Assembly (NCBI GenBank): GCA_965261085.1
Contig: OZ253442.1
Span: 1,312,001-1,376,000, forward strand
DNA: 64,000 nt
Reading direction: 5' to 3'
DNA from: a bacterium
GTDB lineage: Bacteria > UBA8248
Both the position numbers and the translations under genes were made by a program. Under the pieces are notes generated by a model that saw nothing but the letters and a program-made list of their open reading frames with translations, made no database searches and had not been told where the DNA came from. Of this stretch, positions 28,153 through 37,611 are shown piece by piece (within the stretch, counting starts at the first letter, position 1; each line of letters starts with the position of its first letter).

Positions 28153-29502
28153 ATGGTGGAAGTGAGTAAACAAGGCATGCCGATGGACTTTTTGCAGAAA
28201 GAGCATTACCAGTCCCCCCGGCGTGTCTTCAGCCAGACGGGCAGTGATTGGCAGCGCCGCGTCGATTTCAACCAGATGAGAATCGACAGGCTCGACCGCG
28301 CCAAGGCGATGATGGAAAAGCACGACATGGACGCCATCATCATGTACAAGGGCGAGAACATCCGCTACACCGCGTCGGTCTTCCAGGGCAACTGGAAGAA
28401 CAACATCTTCATCCGCTACGCCGTGCTTTGCCGGGGCGCGGAAACGCCGGTGCTCTTCGAGACGGCCGGATCGGACTTTGAGTGCGCGCGCATCGACGCG
28501 CCCTGGCTCGAGGGCAACATCCGGCCCGCCATCACCTGGAAGTGGTCCGAAACCGCCGAGCAGATGATGGTGAACCGCATGGCGGATTCGGTGATCGACG
28601 TTCTCAAAGAGAACAACGTTCCGCTGAACGGGCGGATCGGCATCGACATCATGGACATGCAGGCCTACAGCGCCTTCACCGAGAAGGGCGTGAACCTGGT
28701 GAACGCATGGCCGGTGATGAGCGAGGCGCGCGTCATCAAGACGCCCGAGGAAATCGAGTGCCTGAAGATCAGCTCCGCCATCGGCGACACCTGCATGTGG
28801 AAGATCAGAAACGAGTGGCTCAAACCCGGCATCCGCGAGTGCGACCTCACCGCGTGGGTGAACAACCTGCTCTATGAAGAGGGCTTCGATTTCGTCTACG
28901 ACATCATCGTCGCCTCGGGCGGCAACACGAGCCCCTACCGCCGCTGGCACACCGACAAGATGATCCGCGACGGAGACCTGGTCGTCGTCGACATCAACGC
29001 CATCGGCCCGGGCGGTTATTTCGTGGACTACGTGCGCTGCTTCAAGTGCGGCGGCGGCTGGACGAAGAAGGAAAAAGAGCTTTACCGGGAGGTCTACGAC
29101 ACCATGTATGCGGGCATGAGCCAGCTCGTGCCGGGCAAGACTTCGAAAGACGTGGCCTCGGAGTTCCCCGTCTACGCCGATGACAAGTACGGCACGGTGA
29201 CGCTCCAGCAGTTCGCCCACTCCATCGGCCTGGACCTCTATGAGGGCATGTGGATCAGCCGCGCCTACAGCCTCGATTATCCGGTGGAGATCAAGGAGAA
29301 CATGTACTTCGCCATCGAGACGTTCGCAGGCCACCCGGGGCTTCCTCAGACGGTGCGTCTGGAAGAGAACGTGCTCGTCGGCCCCGACGGCCCCATCGTC
29401 TTCACGGGCTCCTCGCATTATGACGAGTGCATCGAGGATTCGCCCTACTTCGACTTCTCGGCGAAGTCGCGCGGCGAGCCTCGCTTCGAGCTGCCCGCGT
29501 AG
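28153..29502 (+). CDS. M24 family (Xaa-Pro peptidase fold) hydrolase/lyase
   Basis: ENIRY, RVIKTPEEI, metal ligands D..D, HSIG, E, EE. Confidence 0.85.
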   Translation: MVEVSKQGMPMDFLQKEHYQSPRRVFSQTGSDWQRRVDFNQMRIDRLDRAKAMMEKHDMDAIIMYKGENIRYTASVFQGNWKNNIFIRYAVLCRGAETPVLFETAGSDFECARIDAPWLEGNIRPAITWKWSETAEQMMVNRMADSVIDVLKENNVPLNGRIGIDIMDMQAYSAFTEKGVNLVNAWPVMSEARVIKTPEEIECLKISSAIGDTCMWKIRNEWLKPGIRECDLTAWVNNLLYEEGFDFVYDIIVASGGNTSPYRRWHTDKMIRDGDLVVVDINAIGPGGYFVDYVRCFKCGGGWTKKEKELYREVYDTMYAGMSQLVPGKTSKDVASEFPVYADDKYGTVTLQQFAHSIGLDLYEGMWISRAYSLDYPVEIKENMYFAIETFAGHPGLPQTVRLEENVLVGPDGPIVFTGSSHYDECIEDSPYFDFSAKSRGEPRFELPA

Positions 29503-29615
29503 CGGTTGTTGCTTCCCGTCCGTGTCCCCGCAGCCTGGGGCGCGGGCGGGAGCGTTTTCATATTCGTAATGCAGGGGAAATCGCCTCCCGAAAAGGCGAA
29601 TAGGAGAATCATGAG

Positions 29616-30836
29616 ATGAGCGAACCCTGGAATACCGATATGTGGTTCACCAGCCCGTGGAATTTCGAGGGCGAGGTGACCTCCAATATCAAGTTCGACC
29701 CCAATCCCAAGATCCACGACGTGACGCTCCGGGACGGAGAGCAGCAAGCGGGCGTCATGTTCAACAAGGACGAGAAGATCCGGATCGCCGAAGCCCTGGC
29801 CGAGACGGGCGTGCACCGCATCGAGGCCGGTATGCCTGTGGTTTCGCCGTCTGATGAGGCGGCTATCCGCGAGATCGTCAAGCGCCTGGAAGGCACGGAC
29901 ACCGAGGTGTTCAGCTTCGCGCGCTGCATGGCGGACGACGTGAAGCGCTCCGCCGACACGGGCGTGAAGGGCGTGGTCATGGAAGTGCCGAGTTCCACGC
30001 ACATGATCGAGCGCGCCTATAAGTGGGAGCTCGACAAAGCCATCGAGACCTCCGTCAAGGCAACGCAGGTGGCGAAGGAATGCGGCCTCTACACCGTGTT
30101 CTTCCCCATCGACTTCTCACGCGCCCCGCTGGACTGGGTGCTGGGCCTCCTCAAGAAGGTGGCGACCGAAGGCCACATGGACGCGCTGGCGATCGTCGAC
30201 ACGTTCGGCGTGCTGAGCCCGCACACCGTGCCCTACGTCATCAAGAAGATGCGCGAGGTCTTCCCGGACGAGCCTTTCGAGCCTCATTTTCACGACGACT
30301 ACGGAATGGGCGTGGCCAACACGCTGATGGCGATGGCCGAGGGCTGCCAGGTGGCGCAGACGTCGGTGAGCGGCATCGGCGAGCGCGCGGGCAACGCGGC
30401 GTATGAGGAACTGGCTCTGGCCATGCTGACCATGTACGACGTGGACATGGGTCTGAAGACCGAGAAATTCACCGAGGTCTCGAGGCTCGTGCAGGAGTGC
30501 GGGCGCATCAGCCTGGCGCCCAATCGCTGCGTCGTGGGCGATAACCTCTACGACATCGAGAGCGGCATCATCGTGAGCTGGCTCAAGAACTGCGAGAAGG
30601 ATTTCCCGACCGAGCTCGTGCCCTTCCGCGCCGGCCTCGTCGGCCAGAAAGAGCCCGAGCCCGTCATCGGCAAGGGCAGCGGCATCGATTCCATCAACCT
30701 CTTCCTGGAGCAGTTGGGCATCACGGCCTCAGAAGAAGAGAAGATGGCGCTCCTGATGGACGTGAAGGAAAAATCCCTGAGCCTCCATCGCCTCCTCACG
30801 ATGGACGAGTTCAAGGAGTTGGCGGGAGTAAAATAG
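29616..30836 (+). CDS. HMGL-like DRE-TIM metallolyase (LeuA/homocitrate synthase family)
   Basis: DVTLRDGEQ, HFHDDYG, GERAGNA. Confidence 0.85.
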   Translation: MSEPWNTDMWFTSPWNFEGEVTSNIKFDPNPKIHDVTLRDGEQQAGVMFNKDEKIRIAEALAETGVHRIEAGMPVVSPSDEAAIREIVKRLEGTDTEVFSFARCMADDVKRSADTGVKGVVMEVPSSTHMIERAYKWELDKAIETSVKATQVAKECGLYTVFFPIDFSRAPLDWVLGLLKKVATEGHMDALAIVDTFGVLSPHTVPYVIKKMREVFPDEPFEPHFHDDYGMGVANTLMAMAEGCQVAQTSVSGIGERAGNAAYEELALAMLTMYDVDMGLKTEKFTEVSRLVQECGRISLAPNRCVVGDNLYDIESGIIVSWLKNCEKDFPTELVPFRAGLVGQKEPEPVIGKGSGIDSINLFLEQLGITASEEEKMALLMDVKEKSLSLHRLLTMDEFKELAGVK

Positions 30837-30945
30837 TTTTCAGCCCGTTCCCGCGTAGGGGCGGATGAGCCAGGCGGCGCCGGTTCGCCGGCCGGACCCA
30901 GCGGCCTTGGTTCTCCGTCGCGACGAGCGGGTTGAAAATGAAATG

Positions 30946-30979
30946 AAAAGGGCGGCTCATTAGGGGCCGCCCTTTTTTT
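30946..30979 (+). terminator. Rho-independent terminator, possibly bidirectional
   Basis: AAAAGGGCGGC-N9-GCCGCCCTTTTTTT. Confidence 0.8.
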
Positions 30980-31109
30980 GCAAGTAAACCCGGCGGGACG
31001 AAGGAAGTTTCCTGGCCGGGCGGTGTTCTGCGCGATGGACTTGGAAGCTCTCCTTCTTTATTATCTCGGTATCACACAGATTTCGACTCCCCGCACCGGA
31101 GGACATCCC

Positions 31110-31832
31110 ATGACGGACTGGAAGAAGAAGATCGGCTTCATCGTTCCATCCTGGAACACGGTGATGGAGTACGAATGCCAACGCATGGCGCCTGAGGGCG
31201 TATCGGTTCATTTCACGCGCATCGCCCACACGGACGATGAGGAGGAAACCCTCCTGCACATGATAGAGGTGGTGCCGGAGCTGGCCGATCTGCTCGGCCA
31301 CGCGAGTCTGGACGCCATTTGCTTCGGCTGCACGGGCGGCAGCTTCGTGCGTCCGGGCATGGATGAGGACATCATCGGGGTCATCGAGGAGCGCACGGGC
31401 ATCCCGGCCACGACGACCTCCACCGCCCTGGTCGAGGCCATGCGTGAGATGGGCGTCGCCAAAGTGGCGCTCGCCTCGCCCTATCCCCAATGGCTGAACG
31501 ACAAGCTGGGTGTGTTTCTCGCGGATAAGGGAATCGAGGTGGTCGCCGAGAAGGGCCAGAACGTCGAGTGCCCCGCCTTCCTGCCGCCCGAAAACTCGGA
31601 AGCCCTGGCGCGCGAGGTGGATTGCGCGGAGGCGGACGGCATCTTCATCAGTTGCACGAACTTCCGCTCGCTCGAATCGGTCGATAAGCTCGAAGCCGCA
31701 CTCGGAAAACCCGTACTCACGAGCAACACCACGGCCATGTGGCACACGCTCAGGGTGGCGGGTTTCGAGGGCGATGCCGCAGGGGGCGGCGCGTTGATGC
31801 GCGAACACCTCGCATCCGCACGCCGCGTTTGA
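31110..31832 (+). CDS. Maleate cis-trans isomerase / Asp-Glu racemase family
   Basis: IVPSWNTVME, FGCTGGS and ISCTN (both catalytic Cys), KPVLTSN. Confidence 0.85.
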   Translation: MTDWKKKIGFIVPSWNTVMEYECQRMAPEGVSVHFTRIAHTDDEEETLLHMIEVVPELADLLGHASLDAICFGCTGGSFVRPGMDEDIIGVIEERTGIPATTTSTALVEAMREMGVAKVALASPYPQWLNDKLGVFLADKGIEVVAEKGQNVECPAFLPPENSEALAREVDCAEADGIFISCTNFRSLESVDKLEAALGKPVLTSNTTAMWHTLRVAGFEGDAAGGGALMREHLASARRV

Positions 31833-31839
31833 GCTTCAT

Positions 31840-33003
31840 ATGGGCGAGAGGAGCCGCCGCGGCCAGCAGTGGGTGACGGAGGAGTTCTACAAGGTTCACG
31901 ACGTCTACGCCTTCCGCTCGGTGATGTACGTGGAGTGGGGCTTCCGGCCCGCCGACGTGAGGAGGACCACCGAGCGCATCAAGACGCCCGGCTCCGTGCC
32001 CAAGGAGTGGGCGCGCACCGCCGCCCAGGAAGAAGCGCTCGCCAGAGAGGCCGAAGCGGCCGGCCACCGCGAATCGGCGGCCGAGTTCTATCACCGCGCC
32101 GCGCTTTATTACGGCCCCGCCTGCGGCGTCATCCACAAGAACACGCCCCAGAAGCTCGAACTCTACGCGAAGATGATCGCCTGCTACGAGAAGTTCATCG
32201 AGCTCTTCGATGAAGCCCCCGTGGAGCGCGTGGAGATTCCCTTTGAGAACGGAAAGACGATTCCGGGCATCCTGCAAACCGTGCCGGGGGTCGAAAACGC
32301 GCCCTGTGTCATCATCGTTCCGGGGATGGACACCATCAAGGAATTTCTGCCGAATCCCTATCACAACCATTTCAGGCGGCGCGGCCTCGCCACGCTCAGC
32401 ATCGACGGCCCCGGCCAGGGGGAGAGCAACACGCGCGAAACCTGGGTGACGCTCGATAACTTCGAGCGCGCAGGCTCTGCGGCGATTGATTTTCTCGAAT
32501 CACGCCCCGAGGTGGACGCCGATAAAATCGGCCTCTACGGCTGGAGCATGGGCAGCTACTGGGGACCGCGTGTGGCGGCGCACGACGCGCGCTTAAAAGC
32601 GTGCGTGGGCGCAATGGGCGTCTATCTCCAGAAAGACTCCATCTTCAAGCGCGGAAAGCCCGCCTACCGGGCGAACTACATGTATATGTCCGACACCTAT
32701 GACGAGGACGCCTTTGACGCCATGGCCGAGGAGATGACGCTGGAGCACATTGCGGGCGACATCAAGTGTCCCACCCTCCTGGCGATGGGCGAGTTCGACG
32801 AGCTTTGTCCCCTGGAAGACGCCGAGCGGCTCTTCGACCTTCTGGGCGGCCCCAAGGAGCTTTGGGTATATGAGAACGAAACCCACACGATGGGCGGACG
32901 CCTGCCCGATTTCTACCTCATGGTGGCCGACTGGCTGCGCGACGCCATAGAGGGCCGCTTAGGCCCCGACCACGCCGAACGCAGGTTCTTCGAGGCGCGG
33001 TGA
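31840..33003 (+). CDS. Alpha/beta hydrolase (2,6-dihydroxypseudooxynicotine hydrolase/FrsA-like)
   Basis: PGMDTIKE, DGPGQGE, GWSMG nucleophile elbow, GEFD, H. Confidence 0.8.
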   Translation: MGERSRRGQQWVTEEFYKVHDVYAFRSVMYVEWGFRPADVRRTTERIKTPGSVPKEWARTAAQEEALAREAEAAGHRESAAEFYHRAALYYGPACGVIHKNTPQKLELYAKMIACYEKFIELFDEAPVERVEIPFENGKTIPGILQTVPGVENAPCVIIVPGMDTIKEFLPNPYHNHFRRRGLATLSIDGPGQGESNTRETWVTLDNFERAGSAAIDFLESRPEVDADKIGLYGWSMGSYWGPRVAAHDARLKACVGAMGVYLQKDSIFKRGKPAYRANYMYMSDTYDEDAFDAMAEEMTLEHIAGDIKCPTLLAMGEFDELCPLEDAERLFDLLGGPKELWVYENETHTMGGRLPDFYLMVADWLRDAIEGRLGPDHAERRFFEAR

Positions 33004-33082
33004 GAGCGGTTTCTTTTCACGCCGTCACCCGGCCGGTGATCTACTGAAAACATCACGAGCTTTCCCCAAAAGGACTCAACCA

Positions 33083-33811
33083 ATGACCCTAAGAAATGTG
33101 GTGCAAGGCTCCGACACGAAGGCGGGCCGCGCGTTCGATTCCGTCATATTCGTCCTGATTATCTCCTCGATCATCGCGCTGACTTTCGAGACGTGGCCCG
33201 ACTTGTCACCGGCTGCGAAACGGGCGTTTCATATTTTCGAGGTGGTTACGGTCGTTCTGTTCACAATCGAGTACGTTCTTCGCATAGCGACTTCGCCCGA
33301 GAAGAGGCGTTACATCTTCAGCTTTCATGGCATCATCGACTTGGTCGTCATTCTCCCGTTTTATCTTTCCCTCGGATTCGGTTTTTTTGCTGGATTCGAT
33401 CTTCGCGCGGCCCGCGCTCTTCGGTTGTTTCGTATTTTCCGTATCTTGAAAATCGCACGCTACAACAGAGCAATGGCGAGATTTGGAAAGGCCATTTCGG
33501 AGGCCAAAGAAGAAGTGATGATCTTCCTTTTCGCCGCGATAATGCTTCTCTATCTTTCGGCAGTGGGCATCTATTATTTCGAACGCGAGGTTCAACCCGA
33601 AAAATTCGGCTCAATCGTCCATAGTTTGTGGTGGGCTCTTGCTACGCTCACGACGGTGGGCTACGGAGACGTGGTTCCCGTAACAATAGGAGGCAAGCTG
33701 TTTACGTTCGTCATTTTGATGTGCGGCCTGGGCGTCGTGGCCGTGCCGGCGGGGATTGTCTCGTCGGCGTTGTCAAGAGTTGTGAGAAATGAAGATCAGA
33801 ATGGGGAATGA
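33083..33811 (+). CDS. Voltage-gated potassium channel family ion transporter
   Basis: S4 RARALRLFRIFRILK; filter TTVGYGD. Confidence 0.92.
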   Translation: MTLRNVVQGSDTKAGRAFDSVIFVLIISSIIALTFETWPDLSPAAKRAFHIFEVVTVVLFTIEYVLRIATSPEKRRYIFSFHGIIDLVVILPFYLSLGFGFFAGFDLRAARALRLFRIFRILKIARYNRAMARFGKAISEAKEEVMIFLFAAIMLLYLSAVGIYYFEREVQPEKFGSIVHSLWWALATLTTVGYGDVVPVTIGGKLFTFVILMCGLGVVAVPAGIVSSALSRVVRNEDQNGE

Positions 33812-33940
33812 CTCTGCGGGGGTAGGGCTTTTGGTTATTGTCTCAAACGCGCTTTTCCTCATCGGCCCGATGCCGTATTCTAGGGCGGAAGCGATTCCCA
33901 TTTTCCCTGAAACGCACCTCATGTTCCGACGGAGAATTTC

Positions 33941-34969
33941 ATGAAAGCGGCTTTGCTTGAAAAAATAAGGGCTATGAGCGTGGGCGATCAGCCGGATCCC
34001 GGCCTTCCCGCCGACCATGTGCTGGTTCGCGTGGCCACCTCCGCCATCTGCGGCACGGACGTATCCATCTGGGCGGGGAAGATGCCCGCGCGCATCCCCC
34101 TCATCCCCGGCCATGAGTGCACGGGCACGGTGGAGCAGGTCGGCGAGAGCGTCACCCGCTTGAAGATAGGCGACCGGGTGGTGCTGAATCCTCTTTCCAG
34201 TTGCGGTTCTTGTTTCTACTGCGTGCGCGGGCTGACGAACATCTGCCTGAACGGCGGATTGAGAGGCCGCGAAGTGCCGGGCACTTTCGCCGAGTATATT
34301 GCCGTGCGCGAGACCGAAGCCTTCGCCTTTCCAGAGAACGTGAGTTTCGCCGCGGCGACGAACTTCGTGGGTCTTTACACGGTAGTCTACAGCCAGAGAA
34401 AAGCGCCCTATATTGCGGGCTCGCGCGTGGCCGTCCTGGGACAGGGCAGCAGCGGCCTGCTCCATACGCAGTTGGCGAAAGTCTCAGGCGCGGCGTCCGT
34501 GATCGCCGTGACGAGGAGCAAGTGGAAGCTCGAGGTGGCCCGGCAAATGGGTGCGGATGAAATCGTGCCGGCGGGCGAGGTGAACCCCGTGGAAGCCGTG
34601 CGTGAGTTGACCGACGGGCTCGGCGCCGACGTGGTGATCGAGACGGCCGGAGCCGCCCAGACCATGGTGCAGGCGTATGAGATGGTGCGGCCCGGCGGCG
34701 TCATCCTGCAATTCGGCATCGGGCCGGCTGCGGTCGACGGGGTGCCGGGCCAGGCCTATTACTTCAAGGATCTGACCGTCATCGGCTCGCGCGCAGGGCT
34801 CCCGGAGGATTTCGAGAGCGCCATCCGCCTGGTGGCGACCGGGCAAATCGACCTGGAACCCCTCGTCACCCACCACTTCGCGCTCGATGACATTCAGGCG
34901 GGCTTCGAATTCGTCGACTCAGGCGGGGACGGCGGCACGCTCCGGGCGGTGATCGAGATAGCGAATTGA
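33941..34969 (+). CDS. Zinc-dependent medium-chain alcohol dehydrogenase
   Basis: ICGTD, GHE, CGSCFYC...C, GQGSSG. Confidence 0.92.
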   Translation: MKAALLEKIRAMSVGDQPDPGLPADHVLVRVATSAICGTDVSIWAGKMPARIPLIPGHECTGTVEQVGESVTRLKIGDRVVLNPLSSCGSCFYCVRGLTNICLNGGLRGREVPGTFAEYIAVRETEAFAFPENVSFAAATNFVGLYTVVYSQRKAPYIAGSRVAVLGQGSSGLLHTQLAKVSGAASVIAVTRSKWKLEVARQMGADEIVPAGEVNPVEAVRELTDGLGADVVIETAGAAQTMVQAYEMVRPGGVILQFGIGPAAVDGVPGQAYYFKDLTVIGSRAGLPEDFESAIRLVATGQIDLEPLVTHHFALDDIQAGFEFVDSGGDGGTLRAVIEIAN

Positions 34970-35089
34970 TTTGTACGGGCGCGCATTTGTTTCCGCTGTC
35001 GATGATCGAGGCGCCTGGACGCGGTGCGCGCGGCGGCGAGGTGATTTCCGTCGCGCGCGGGCTTATCTGTAGAAAACAAGGAGGTCGTC

Positions 35090-35962
35090 ATGGCTCTTGA
35101 ACACCCATACATTCGCATCGCCAACATAACGCCCGAGAAGCTGGACGAAAAAGAGGGTTGGAACGTCTCCGATTTCCGGGTGGTCGTCAGCGGGAAGGAG
35201 GGTTCCTCCTCCATCATGTACCACGCCACCCTGGCCCCCGGGGATCGCCACCACAAGCACCGCTACGAGAACTGCCAGATGCAGTATTACGTCGTGAGCG
35301 GCCACGGCCTCGCGGGAGCGGGGGCGGATCGCGCCGAGGTGCACGCGGGCCACTTCCACCTGATCCCAAAAGGCGTGGAGCACTGGCTCGTGAACCTGGG
35401 CAGGCACGATCCCCTCGTCATCATCGGGTTCTACGACCGTGTTCCCCATTTCAAGGACACCGGCCACGTCTATCTCGGCGACGTGGGCGAGGCCGACCTC
35501 GCCGCCCCGCGCACGTTAAGCGCCGCCGCCCTGCAGCATCCCCTCGTGCACAACGACTCGGTTCCCCACGTCAAGGTGTCGAAAGAAGAAGGCTGGACGC
35601 AGGATTACTTCAACGAGCCGCTCAATCGCAGCAACGGGGCGGGTTCATGCTGGATGCAGGGCTACTTCGGCCCCCACACCGTGCACATGAAGCACCGCCA
35701 CAACAATTGCGAGGAGATATGCTATATCCTGAAGGGCCGCGGTTTGGCCGGAATCGGTAACGATCGGGGTGAAGTGTTCGCCGGGGACGTCAACTACATA
35801 CCCGCCGCCACGGAGCATTGGCTCGCGAACATCAGCGACAGCGAGGATCTCTCGGCCCCCGGCTGGTACATCGGCGTGGGCGGACTCGATGAGAGCGGCT
35901 TCGAGTATCTGGGTCCGGTGACAGATGAGGATTTGAAACAACGAACGGGCGCGATTGAATAG
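35090..35962 (+). CDS. Bicupin protein A
   Basis: Two cupin domains: HHKHRYENC...IPKGVEHW and HMKHRHNNCEE...IPAATEHW. Confidence 0.85.
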   Translation: MALEHPYIRIANITPEKLDEKEGWNVSDFRVVVSGKEGSSSIMYHATLAPGDRHHKHRYENCQMQYYVVSGHGLAGAGADRAEVHAGHFHLIPKGVEHWLVNLGRHDPLVIIGFYDRVPHFKDTGHVYLGDVGEADLAAPRTLSAAALQHPLVHNDSVPHVKVSKEEGWTQDYFNEPLNRSNGAGSCWMQGYFGPHTVHMKHRHNNCEEICYILKGRGLAGIGNDRGEVFAGDVNYIPAATEHWLANISDSEDLSAPGWYIGVGGLDESGFEYLGPVTDEDLKQRTGAIE

Positions 35963-36002
35963 CGCTTCCTGAAAGAGCAACCATTTTGTGAGGAACAGAC
36001 CG

Positions 36003-36860
36003 ATGGCGCTCCAATACCCCCTGGTTCATATAGACGATATCGCCCCCGAGAGGATGGAGGAAAAAGAGGGCTGGGCGATTTCCGAGTTTCGCCTGCCCAT
36101 CACCGGCGCGCACGGAAGCTCGACGACCGTCTTTCACTCCATCTTCCGGCCCGGCTCCACGCACGCGAAACACTTACACACCGAGTGTGAGGAAATCGCG
36201 GTCTACTTGAAGGGAAACGGCGTGGTCGGCCAGGGCGACCAACGCGCCGAGGTGCGCGAGGGCCACTGCCGCCTCATGCCCAAAGGCTCGACGCATTTCT
36301 TCTATAACGAGACGAAAGACGAGGAAGCGATGGTGGTCGGGTTTTATCTCGGTGCGCCGAGCGTCGCGGGCACGGGCTATCAATTTCGCGGCGACGTGAC
36401 CCAAGCGGACCTCGACATGCCGCGCGATGGGCTGACCGATGGCATCCTGGTTCATCTCGACGACGTGCCGCAACAGAACATGAACGAGGGGGAGGGATGG
36501 TCGATCACCGATTTCAGGCTTCCTCTCGGCAGGCGCAACGGCAGCGATACGACGCTTTTTCGCGCGCGTTTTTTCCCGGGCGCCGTGCACAAAAAGCACA
36601 GGCACGATAATTGCGAGGAAATCTACTACATCATCAGCGGCCACGGCCTGGCGGGCGCGGGCGCTGATCGCGTCGAGGTGCGCGGCGGTCATTTCCACTA
36701 CATCCCCAAAGGGGTGGAGCACTGGCTTCACAATCTGAGCGATACCGAACCCATCGAGGCGGTGGGTATCTACATCGGGAGCGGGAGCGTGGAGGAGACG
36801 GGCTACGTCTATATGGGAGACGTTACGGAAGAGGACATCAAGGAGCGGACCCCGCTCTAG
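36003..36860 (+). CDS. Bicupin protein B (paralogue of A)
   Basis: HAKHLHTECEE...MPKGSTHF and HKKHRHDNCEE...IPKGVEHW; start MALQYP parallels MALEHP of A. Confidence 0.85.
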   Translation: MALQYPLVHIDDIAPERMEEKEGWAISEFRLPITGAHGSSTTVFHSIFRPGSTHAKHLHTECEEIAVYLKGNGVVGQGDQRAEVREGHCRLMPKGSTHFFYNETKDEEAMVVGFYLGAPSVAGTGYQFRGDVTQADLDMPRDGLTDGILVHLDDVPQQNMNEGEGWSITDFRLPLGRRNGSDTTLFRARFFPGAVHKKHRHDNCEEIYYIISGHGLAGAGADRVEVRGGHFHYIPKGVEHWLHNLSDTEPIEAVGIYIGSGSVEETGYVYMGDVTEEDIKERTPL

Positions 36861-37009
36861 GGGCTCATCGGCGCTTTCAAGGCCCGGCGGAATATGGGAA
36901 TAGTTGCATCATGTATTTTATCTTTTGCCTTTTGCGCACGCCGTGGTATCCTTGAGGGGCATGGGGAATTGGCGCATATATACGAGACAAATCATTCGGG
37001 AGTAATGCC

Positions 37010-37558
37010 ATGAAGATAACCGAGGCGGCAGCCGGTAAAGTCAAGGAAATCATGGAGCAAAACGGCGGTGGTTTCGCCGGAATCCTGCTCAGTTTCGAGG
37101 GCGGCTACAAGCTCGACCTGGTGAAGGATGAGGATGTGGCCGAATACATCCGGGTAGAGAATTCCCTGCTGGGCGTTTTCGCCTCATCCGAGCACGTCGC
37201 CAGGGCGGAGAAGGCTCAAATCGAGTTCGTAACCGAAGGCCCTACGAGCGGGTTCAAGGTGACGCGCGAGATGTCGGATGGCGATGTGTCCCTCATCGAT
37301 CAGATTCAGGAGATTATCGACACGGAGATCAACCCGGCCGTCGCGTCCCACGGCGGCGTCATCAACCTGCTGGACGTGGAGGAAAAGCGTGTGTTCGTGC
37401 AGATGGGCGGAGGCTGCGCGGGTTGCGGCATGGCGGACGTGACGCTCAAATCAGGCGTCGAGGCGCGCCTGCAGCAACTAGACCCCGAGATTCAGGTGAT
37501 CGACACCACCGACCACGCATCGGGCTCGAACCCCTACTACGCGCCGACGAAAAAATAG
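37010..37558 (+). CDS. nfuA: Fe/S biogenesis protein NfuA
   Basis: Degenerate A-type N-domain plus INPAVASHGG, GGGCAGC, TDHASGSNPYY. Confidence 0.9.
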   Translation: MKITEAAAGKVKEIMEQNGGGFAGILLSFEGGYKLDLVKDEDVAEYIRVENSLLGVFASSEHVARAEKAQIEFVTEGPTSGFKVTREMSDGDVSLIDQIQEIIDTEINPAVASHGGVINLLDVEEKRVFVQMGGGCAGCGMADVTLKSGVEARLQQLDPEIQVIDTTDHASGSNPYYAPTKK

Positions 37559-37578
37559 TTTTAGTAAATAGCACGACG

Positions 37579-37608
37579 AAGGGCCGGCCGTTTGGCCGGC
37601 CTTTTTTT
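37579..37608 (+). terminator. Rho-independent terminator between convergent genes
   Basis: GGCCGGCC-gttt-GGCCGGCC followed by T7. Confidence 0.85.
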
Positions 37609-37611
37609 GTT

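Noticed and set aside
28153-29502. Specific call as DMSP lyase DddP
   Set aside because: Shares the M24 fold, but the evidence is insufficient to separate it from other M24 enzymes
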